Assembly (NCBI GenBank): GCA_046290225.1
Contig: JBKAGE010000080.1
Location: 83,054 to 147,053, forward strand
Direction: 5' to 3'
DNA from: Bradymonadia bacterium
Lineage (GTDB): Bacteria; Myxococcota_A; Bradymonadia; UBA7976; UBA1532
Length of the DNA: 64,000 bases
How positions within the stretch are numbered: position 1 is the stretch's first letter; each line of letters opens with the position of its first letter. Under the pieces are notes generated by a model that worked only from the letters and a program-made list of their open reading frames with translations, was not told the origin of the DNA and ran no database searches. A program made the translations under genes and the position numbers. Below are positions 57,301 through 64,000 of the stretch, piece by piece.

Positions 57301-57984
57301 GAGGTAGGCAGACTCTTTGTCGTCAACCAGCGATATGGCAAGGCGGTGATAGCGGAAGAGGTCAAGGGCCGGAAAGCTGGCCTCCAAAATCTGGATTCGT
57401 TCATACCTGGAGGGTGTAGGCGTCCAGTCCAGCTTCGCCCATTGTTGGGAAATAGAGGTCAGGAAAGCTGCAAAGCTACGCAGGGAAATGGTCTCAACAT
57501 TGTTGTGCCCTCGAACAATCCGGGCCACATCTCTTCGCCAGGGCTCTACACTTTCTGCGGTCATATCTGGGTGGATGGTCCGCAAGAGATATTCCCAATG
57601 CTCATTGTCGAACAGCGAACGATCTCTGAGAGGGAACATTGCCCGAGTAGACTGGGCGTCGGTCTCAGCACTGGTCTGAAAGTACACGAAACCGTTCGTG
57701 TTGTGGTTTCGACCATAGGTCGCGGTCAGGCCGTTGGCCGTGAAAGCCTTGGGATCGAGCAGATCCTCCAGCAAGGGTACTGGTGCGCCACTGACCATGA
57801 CCAGTGCCGGGTTGTCCCCATCTTTGTCCAGACCTGCAGTTTTAAGAGCTTCTGCAATCTCGGCATCGGTGAAGCTCGACACTCGAATCTGAGGTTGCTG
57901 ATTCTTCAGAAGCTGTGCCTTGAGCAACAGGCCCAAGCCCTTGCCAGCGACAATGGTCGTGTTGACTGAGTACTCAGGCTTCAT
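54361..57984 (-). CDS. DndH/DptH-like large protein lacking the C-terminal HerA/FtsK ATPase
   Basis: Third gene after the F- and G-like genes; HPLRLRW motif; late PD...E-S-R nuclease-like motif; no convincing C-terminal Walker A/B. Family call is from context and recalled motifs. Confidence 0.55.
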   Translation of the reverse strand: MKPEYSVNTTIVAGKGLGLLLKAQLLKNQQPQIRVSSFTDAEIAEALKTAGLDKDGDNPALVMVSGAPVPLLEDLLDPKAFTANGLTATYGRNHNTNGFVYFQTSAETDAQSTRAMFPLRDRSLFDNEHWEYLLRTIHPDMTAESVEPWRRDVARIVRGHNNVETISLRSFAAFLTSISQQWAKLDWTPTPSRYERIQILEASFPALDLFRYHRLAISLVDDKESAYLREFRQLIYGSSLRRPSGAERDPDQIIERLRTAIFHEDPEENRRLKDLTREFLENNNKKAALDEVDFDQFKRCIESIKGAELGFAIHQFLTNIPNNKKPLKLYKDGDWESDLNEKNAEAAIELMETPEVFHRLSRVLQNKVKRLVPKESLFTEPLYGIIQTLDGLLANSSSPDRLSITVGTESNILRGVFAFLYGSALDELKSRISKDGITVEIEPFLVDGTPWMSDESDSSDDGDYDEHIDEARELSITLDIGTGGKRTFRWTPEKEDTGLIQLWIGAICNERWRSLPGLWSTQADLREVDTVESMQAAKSDFAGEWADTRARWLKLLSQTGLQHDHVIQYITAWQERLVQALSSDDADTLTMLRSMDCVQQEAEQDVQGWVWMMGCHPLRLRWFTSWRSRMCEYIESQLKNILDASNRDLSFMLQHMKAWSPHRYPPILSIQAGQIHVPVKECGWCEAYQRQDSQSHITSDLDPAAVRTLVQLASEYVETRPHKQAGLHVLLMGEKTGMAREFIRQFSRKRADTRLTLHLVAPEGAVEVDSLVEEGHARTLMKTGGHSHFPLLEVRHHITGNSKKLPDSLVGKGNHSEVLLDIAIVPFLFSGERQFKVRSEPILLPDGESDPVLERPQKPASGNQTDLVIDLRPPTPDRMLYAWADATARSFNKGRSSKAADVLEYLELHGEIGETAEHFERLRQIALQVAIIDIGITRRQLTGMSNVPEVLHVSTGLGKNGDYSLIVASDVVKDPLKRNLRAMLRSQAKDLDESQIDTMVNQVANRTGKLAPALALKATDRIAFASELLGRHALRFYADQAHKTNGHCFWVGLDPHSDWFIKDHPDMMRVVVKHEYGKTTLDVLVCESRFSSEGGAVSSTVVRLSNGVSVLDEIFKNAHSDGLDQGLWSMALAHALDDAWAIGCELPDRLRADIVKGQFTIQPLKGLGVVWDMSKNDSGEQSAQEGSTTVLTFGQSELARILGAETA

Positions 57985-59404
57985 ATCGCACCATACGGGT
58001 TGAGTCGGAGTATGACTGCATCAGGCCAAGGCCATTGAGCGTGTCGGACAGGTGTTGTGTATTCTCTTCGAACAAGCTCAGGTTCGCTTCTCGATCCAGC
58101 TTGCATTCACGTGCTGCAGCTTCGTCGATCACAAAGCCGAACTGCTTGTACAGCCAGTCTTCCACAAAGCTCTCAAAGGTCATCTCGTCCTGACCAGTGG
58201 CAAGGACCAGTGCTTCCAGCAAGGGCTCACTGAGGACAAACCGTCGACTTCCCTTCAGTGCGTTGGACAGTCCGATGGCTGGTGCTCCTCGCGTGAACCA
58301 AGCGACGAACTGCTTCAGGTTGCGCCTCGGTACATTTTGGTCTGGATCGTTGTTCACCTCTTGCAAGGCGGCAAGCAGCATCTTGTTGATATTCACGAAT
58401 GAGCGGTGGGCAGCACCTCTCACTTCATTCCGCCGGTTACCCGCTGGAGAGCAATCGATGACGACTTGGTGCTTCTTAGCCTCCAGATCAAAACCAAGCT
58501 GTGCGGTATCAGCCCCGCTCGAGTCAGCCGTCTCTACTTTGGCTTTCGCCCTGCCAATCATCAGGACCGTCAAGCACAACGGAATGATGTGGAAGAGTGC
58601 ATCGAGGCGGACAACCTGGGGCGCGCGCTTAGAGGTCACGATTGAGTGTACGCAGTGGCGGAGCAGTTCCTCCCAGTGATCTCCGCCCTCCTGGCCAGGC
58701 CTGCCCCTTCGCCACTCAATCACCTTCTTCGCGAGAGTGTCATTGATCTCCGTATTGACAGTCTGCCCCTTGCACCCATTCCTGGCCTCGTACACCTTGT
58801 GCTCGTGCTTGTCGAAGACGTTGAGGAGCATTCCGGTGAAATGGTCCCGCTCGAAGATCTCTCGGAAGGCCGCTCGCGTTTCATTCAGTCGCTGCTCGTT
58901 CGGGTCCGAGCAGATGATTGCGTATGCAAGAGTGCCAGCTCCTCGGTAGTAAATACGCTCTTTAATGGGCCTCTTGCCCTTATGACGGGCATCCCAGTGC
59001 ACAAGGCCCTTGCCGTAAGGCACGAAGTGGGAACCAGACCAGCTGGTTCCGGCCCTGCCGGTGTTGGGGATGTGTACTTTCAGACCTCGTAGGAGCTCTT
59101 TGACCGGTGCACGCACATCGTCGTCAATGACCTCATCCAACGCTTGCAGCTCGCCTTGCTCGAAATCATCGAATGCCATTCGGCGTGCAGCGAGGTAGCC
59201 GGGTGCGGTAACCCTGATGTGACCGTTCTCATCCGGACCGGGCATGACCTCTTCATCGTCGGGGTGCCCTCCCACGAGGGCAAGGAACTCCAGAGAAGAA
59301 TAGAACCCACGGTTGTCGGAGTGGAAAACACCACCCCATAACCTGATAGAGAGTTCGGTTGCTGCCGTCTTCTTGTTGGTGCTCTTTCGTGTTGTACTTG
59401 GCAT
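57974..59404 (-). CDS. DndG/DptG-like protein
   Basis: N-terminal LWG..F...LEFL; C-terminal F..N...L...L..LGL...YSD...V resembles the DptG tail; overlaps the next gene by 11 nt. Confidence 0.55.
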   Translation of the reverse strand: MPSTTRKSTNKKTAATELSIRLWGGVFHSDNRGFYSSLEFLALVGGHPDDEEVMPGPDENGHIRVTAPGYLAARRMAFDDFEQGELQALDEVIDDDVRAPVKELLRGLKVHIPNTGRAGTSWSGSHFVPYGKGLVHWDARHKGKRPIKERIYYRGAGTLAYAIICSDPNEQRLNETRAAFREIFERDHFTGMLLNVFDKHEHKVYEARNGCKGQTVNTEINDTLAKKVIEWRRGRPGQEGGDHWEELLRHCVHSIVTSKRAPQVVRLDALFHIIPLCLTVLMIGRAKAKVETADSSGADTAQLGFDLEAKKHQVVIDCSPAGNRRNEVRGAAHRSFVNINKMLLAALQEVNNDPDQNVPRRNLKQFVAWFTRGAPAIGLSNALKGSRRFVLSEPLLEALVLATGQDEMTFESFVEDWLYKQFGFVIDEAAARECKLDREANLSLFEENTQHLSDTLNGLGLMQSYSDSTRMVRYEA

Positions 59405-59418
59405 TACAGCTTCCCCAC

Positions 59419-61167
59419 TCAGTCCAGGGTAACCACACCATCTTCGACGGTGATCGAGATCAGACGACCCTGGTACAGCACCTGGGCGGTATCGATGTTC
59501 TCTTCCTCAGAATCTTGAGCCACCTTGAGGAGGAAGTTCGTAATGCGGCGGGCTTCCCGAGCAAAGAAGGTCCGAGAGACAAGACCGGATCCACATCGGC
59601 AGAGAAACTCGAAGTCCCACAGGCTCAAACCAATCCGATGCTTGCGCACGACGAGCCAGAGACGCCTTGGCACTGCATCCAGGGCACTGCGGCTTTCGTC
59701 GCCAGCGGGCTTTGGAGGCTCGTCTGGTTCGAGTGTGACCTCCTTTGCCGGGACCTGCATGGCGATGACTGCAGTAGCCGAGCGTGCCCGCAGGCTGATG
59801 GGATCCACAATGTAAAGACCACCCCCATCAGGTCGGGGAAGGTATTGCAGGCGATGCAACCCTTCGATGAGGCGGTTGATGATCTTCTTCCTGGCAATTT
59901 TTTTCAGGGTGCCAGCCAACAGGCTTTGGAACGCCTGCACATGCTCGAAGCCAGCAATGGGAATGGGGTTGTCCGGAGTATACTCGGTCTCGAGCAAATG
60001 GTTCCGCCTCAGGATGGCAAACGAGCGTTCAAGGATACTGGACTCGTGTTTGAGGTGGTTCTTCCCATCAATATCAAATTCGGTCGGGCTCAAATGGGTG
60101 TGCAGGTCCACCTTGTGACGCTTCGTGATGTGCGTCCTGTCAGGGGCTGTATTAGGAATGCATTGCCGGCCCTCAGGAGTGACCAAGTAGTCGTCAATCC
60201 GCCTACTGGCACTCCATGCCGGATCCAACAGCTTCAACCGATTGAAGAGACCATGAGAACGAATGAAGGAAGCCTGTGCGCCCTCTCCAAACAGGGTGGA
60301 GGCATGCGAGTAGACGGATGTGTCTGTAGACCCCCTCTTCATATTATGGACATCCTTGCACTCAAGATTGCCGGTCAACAGCCAAGCCAGATGAATCATG
60401 ACCTGCCGAATGGTCACCACCTCACCAAGTTGCTCTACAATCTCGTAGAGGCGCCTGATGGACTCAAGCCGCTGCTCACTACGTGCAAGTATGGAACGGT
60501 TCTGGTAGATGGGACATAGATCCTGCGCACTACACTCCTGACAGATACGCCACTTTCGGCCATCCAGCAGCTGTTTGAGGAGCGTCACCATGATGCCACT
60601 CGGCAAGGAAACCATCTGCCAATTAAGATTGAGCACCACGATGCCTGGATCCGGCTCAATGTCGTTCTCATGCAGTGCTTTGCGAATGCTCCCGGCTAGG
60701 CTCGTCTCACTCAGAATGTCACTGCTGAGCATGGCCCGTAGCCTCCCCTCATTGACACATGCGATCAATGGATATGGAGCAGTAATGGACTCTCTGAGCA
60801 GTTGAGCCGCATTCTGTGGATCTGTCTCGCTCAGATCCTTGTGGATAGCGAGTGTGTACTCATCATAAGTGCGAGGCTTACCATTGCACTCATTCTGAAG
60901 CACCGATGACAAGTCCCCTTTGGCTCCAAGGCGTTTGAGCAGCTGGCGCACTAAATGGGTTTTGCCATGACCAGCATCACCGGTGAGGATTACAAGGGAA
61001 GTAGGATTCCCTGTCTGGAGCCTCTTGGTCAGCCAGAGCTCGGCTGCAGTATCAGCGTGAACGAACGATTCTCGCTGATGTTCTTCGTAAATCTCTGCAT
61101 GGCTCGGATTAAAGGGGATGTAGCCGTGAAGTCGTTCCACTGCACGGTTCACCTTCATGTCACCCAT
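59419..61167 (-). CDS. DndF/DptF-like P-loop NTPase
   Basis: LVILTGDAGHGKTHL Walker A; KDLSE; NEGRL; C..C...CPI..N; LDP; ~580 aa, as in DptF-like proteins. Confidence 0.68.
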   Translation of the reverse strand: MGDMKVNRAVERLHGYIPFNPSHAEIYEEHQRESFVHADTAAELWLTKRLQTGNPTSLVILTGDAGHGKTHLVRQLLKRLGAKGDLSSVLQNECNGKPRTYDEYTLAIHKDLSETDPQNAAQLLRESITAPYPLIACVNEGRLRAMLSSDILSETSLAGSIRKALHENDIEPDPGIVVLNLNWQMVSLPSGIMVTLLKQLLDGRKWRICQECSAQDLCPIYQNRSILARSEQRLESIRRLYEIVEQLGEVVTIRQVMIHLAWLLTGNLECKDVHNMKRGSTDTSVYSHASTLFGEGAQASFIRSHGLFNRLKLLDPAWSASRRIDDYLVTPEGRQCIPNTAPDRTHITKRHKVDLHTHLSPTEFDIDGKNHLKHESSILERSFAILRRNHLLETEYTPDNPIPIAGFEHVQAFQSLLAGTLKKIARKKIINRLIEGLHRLQYLPRPDGGGLYIVDPISLRARSATAVIAMQVPAKEVTLEPDEPPKPAGDESRSALDAVPRRLWLVVRKHRIGLSLWDFEFLCRCGSGLVSRTFFAREARRITNFLLKVAQDSEEENIDTAQVLYQGRLISITVEDGVVTLD

Positions 61168-61742
61168 CGATGCCCCCAAGCAGGCTGTCGTATTGAAATT
61201 CTAGGAATTGATGTAGTTCTCACGAAAACGACCTCACAATTAACCCAAAACAAGTCAACACCGCAAGATGCAGCTCAACGAGAATTGAGTCAGACAGCAG
61301 CATGGAGCCTAAACTGCAATTTGCCCAGAGCATTGCACCACCTCTGCCCTGTTGACCCTCTTGCTCACCTGCTTGACCTTGGGTATCGGTCCCACCTAGC
61401 AGCTCTTGTCCACGCCTTGGGGCCTATACCGTTCAAACACCTAACCTTATTAAATTCTCCCACCACAAAGCTGAATCCACTCAGCGGGAGTATCCGCCTC
61501 GGATGCCTGGAATTGGCTGGCAAGATGGCACATTGGCCATGGATGTGGAACCAAGACATCTATCGACAACCAACCATCACACATCTGCAGTCACTTACGA
61601 GTATCAACATAACACCTACCCCCAAACACTCCACTCAACAAATCACTAACAAGCTCATTGCATAACACATAACAAAAGAACATACCAAATCAAAAGCAAA
61701 ACAATCCCGCAGCCTTCGTATATCTCCCCCCATAAACGACTA

Positions 61743-63833
61743 TTAAACAGCCTCTCGAAGCTCAGTCGTACAACCTACAGCTGAGTACACCAGACTTTTC
61801 AAATGCTCTGCCAACGCAAAGGCGAACAATGGGGGTACAGCATTGCCGATCTGACGGTATCCAGGATTCATAGTGCCCGCAAACCGAAAGCTGTCAGGAA
61901 ACGACTGTAGTCGTGCCGCTTCCCGAACACTGATGACCCGAGCCTGCTCCCCATCAAAGTGGATGTGACTGTAGGTGTCCTTGCCCAGATGGGCCATCAA
62001 GGTACGGGCAGGCTCATCAGGATGGACCTTACGCCACTTGTTGGGGAACTTCCCTGGATCATATGGCGGAACGAACCCTCTCTTGATGGCAGGCAGATCC
62101 AGCAGTTGCTCGGCAAAGTCGGCAACGATCCAGCACATGATCTCGATAGCGAAGCCGACTTCGTACTCAGGGCCCCAGAACATCATATGAGATACACAGT
62201 TACTGTCGGCCTCTTCCAACCACTTCAACATCTTGCGAGCATCATCATGGTCGCTTGTACTTAACAGGCTACTTGAAGGTACGCTCCAGTCCCCAGGCAT
62301 GGTTCGCATACCAACTTGCCATGCCTTACGAACAGACAACGAGGCGCTCACGCGCTTTAGAGACTGACGCCCTACCTGAAGAAGTAGCTCGCAGCCCTCC
62401 TTAGGGGAGGACAGCATTGCAGTCAGAAGACGCTCAACCCGATCGTAAGTAGAGAGCAGGGTCTCTGGCAGACTCGCAGGCGGTGCATGCTCTTCCTTCA
62501 GCTTGATCTGAGACAGGGCTGTCCTGACACGCTCCCGAGCTCCAGCAACCACACCAACCTGCTCAGTAAGCCCCCGCCAGCGCTCAAGCATCTCCTTTAT
62601 CAACTCTTCTAACTTGAGGGTTTCAGAAGACTTCTTGAGCCAGCCTCGGTAATCTGCCAGCTCATTCATCAGCGCCTTCGACTCTGAAGTCTCCTCAGTT
62701 AATGGGGTGCTTACCCTCAACTCATTCAGGAAACTCTCAAGCTTCTCAAGCGCCAGCTGGTAGACTTGCGGGTACTGGTGGTTGTGTTCCATATCTCGGA
62801 ACAAGCGGAAGTCACGCCAAGTCAACGCCCGGGTCACATGAGCATTCAGGAGGTCTTTGGAAGGGTTCACTTCGAAGCCTGGCCAGCCGTGCATGTGATC
62901 CCTAACATAGGCTGAGCGGTCTGTAGCAGTGTCGTAGTTGATATCTCGCCGCCCATCAAGTGGGGTAGCCCCCTTCTTCATCTCTCCCGTCAGATGGCTC
63001 TTGATGGCTGGCAGATCCACCAACGCCTGTCGGGCCGTTACTGGGCCAAGTGCATCTGCGGCGGGGCATGGTGTTGGCAGAAAGTGTGAGCTGGTATCAT
63101 TTAGATCAACATGCTTCAGGGCAACGTTTCTAGAGCCCTTGTAACCAGACGGAAACTCCACCTTCCGTCCAGGCACAGGGAAGCTGACTTCTACGCCCAG
63201 TTCCTCATGAATCGCCACCAGGATGAAGCGCTCTCGCATCTGTGGCACACCATAACTCGCCGAGTTGAGTAGCGTGTACCGGCACTGGTATCCCAGTGAC
63301 TCAAGCACTTCTGCAATCTCCTCACCGAGATTGTGTCCGCCAAAGTTCATGACATCCGGCACATTCTCCATCAGAAGGGCGACAGGCTGCAGATACTCCA
63401 CAAATCTCAAGTACGGCTCGTAGAGCTGAGCTCTCGGATCTTGCTTATAAGCTTCTGGGTGTTGGTGAATCTCGCGCAATTTTGCTCGGCCAACCCGTGT
63501 AAAAGCCGGGCATGGCGGACCACCAATGAGGAAGTCGACCACTGCTTTGGGCTCCTCGTAGCCCCACGATCGTAGAAGGTCCTCAGGGTTCGTTTTGGTA
63601 ATATCGCGGTGCCTAGCGTGCTCTTCATAGAGTTTGGGATCTGAGATGTGCTTATGAAAGTTGAGGGCATGAGCTTCAGCAGCCTTCCTATCAAGCTCTA
63701 CACCACCAACAATCTCACATCCCGCCCTTTGAAAACCCAGCGACAGCCCTCCACACCCAGCAAAAAGGTCCAACACCCGTGGTGCGTTTCCTTGCCGGAA
63801 GCGCTCGATTTTAGAAGAGAGAAACTGAAACAT
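61743..63833 (-). CDS. dcm: C5 cytosine DNA methyltransferase with ~200-aa insertion
   Basis: Motif I DLFAGCGG, IV GGPPC, VI ENV, VIII Q.RER, IX SVREAARLQSFP, X QIGNAVPP. Confidence 0.93.
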   Translation of the reverse strand: MFQFLSSKIERFRQGNAPRVLDLFAGCGGLSLGFQRAGCEIVGGVELDRKAAEAHALNFHKHISDPKLYEEHARHRDITKTNPEDLLRSWGYEEPKAVVDFLIGGPPCPAFTRVGRAKLREIHQHPEAYKQDPRAQLYEPYLRFVEYLQPVALLMENVPDVMNFGGHNLGEEIAEVLESLGYQCRYTLLNSASYGVPQMRERFILVAIHEELGVEVSFPVPGRKVEFPSGYKGSRNVALKHVDLNDTSSHFLPTPCPAADALGPVTARQALVDLPAIKSHLTGEMKKGATPLDGRRDINYDTATDRSAYVRDHMHGWPGFEVNPSKDLLNAHVTRALTWRDFRLFRDMEHNHQYPQVYQLALEKLESFLNELRVSTPLTEETSESKALMNELADYRGWLKKSSETLKLEELIKEMLERWRGLTEQVGVVAGARERVRTALSQIKLKEEHAPPASLPETLLSTYDRVERLLTAMLSSPKEGCELLLQVGRQSLKRVSASLSVRKAWQVGMRTMPGDWSVPSSSLLSTSDHDDARKMLKWLEEADSNCVSHMMFWGPEYEVGFAIEIMCWIVADFAEQLLDLPAIKRGFVPPYDPGKFPNKWRKVHPDEPARTLMAHLGKDTYSHIHFDGEQARVISVREAARLQSFPDSFRFAGTMNPGYRQIGNAVPPLFAFALAEHLKSLVYSAVGCTTELREAV

Positions 63834-64000
63834 CGATTCTACCCAGATACCCTGAAGCGACAGTAGCCCAAAGGAAACCTAGTGGCTAGAGTCAAGGGGG
63901 TTGAGGTGGACCCCATTGGTTGGACAGTAAATCAGCGATCCTTATGTGACAACTGGAGTTGCCACCCGTCGCCGAAATATGCGCTCGCGGGCGTGGCGTA

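Larger units (their letters stand above)
46430..63900 (-). other. Lower-GC genomic (defence) island
   Basis: Abrupt visible drop in GC and loss of host GC3 bias right after the tex stop; eight co-directional DNA-metabolism genes; right boundary uncertain (window edge). Confidence 0.8.

Noticed and set aside
60955..61665. 236-aa plus-strand ORF and 64-aa minus-strand ORF in the island gap
   Set aside because: The long one overlaps the F-like gene antisense; neither has motifs or a clear RBS.
48802..63833. Calling the island a canonical class II DISARM or a phosphorothioate (Dnd) system
   Set aside because: No recognisable drmE/drmD, extra F/G/H-like and RecQ genes, and no dndA-E modification genes in the window.

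Overview
GC-rich bacterial chromosome segment. The gene content suggests Myxococcota/Bradymonadia (MopE-type Cys/Asp repeat lipoproteins, a GYF_2/AgmX-like protein, sigma-54 activators); this assignment is inference. From left to right: the end of a circularly permuted ATP-grasp / alpha-E / transglutaminase operon whose transglutaminase is fused to an Ntn (class II GATase-like) domain starting with Ser instead of Cys; a ~12.5-kb cluster of secreted Cys-rich and Gly-stalked lipoproteins; an AcoR-like sigma-54 activator with a perfect divergent -24/-12 promoter; housekeeping genes (adk, dksA, RluA, RsuA, RsmC-like, apaG, tex); a serine racemase-like enzyme and a D-serine dehydratase-like enzyme; an SPFH pair; and an atypical split two-component operon. 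The last ~17.5 kb is a lower-GC, minus-strand island that looks like a hybrid defence system: a 5mC methyltransferase with a ~200-aa insert, a DndF/G/H (Dpt)-like trio whose H subunit lacks its ATPase motor, DISARM drmA-drmB-drmC, and a RecQ-like helicase, mostly translationally coupled. The window also carries three copies of an apparently unannotated ~370-500-bp palindromic element: a conserved ~135-nt core flanked by inverted arrays of GTAG-type repeats and GNA-loop mini-hairpins. No rRNA, tRNA, CRISPR array, integrase or transposase was recognised. All family assignments are by eye from motifs, not database searches.
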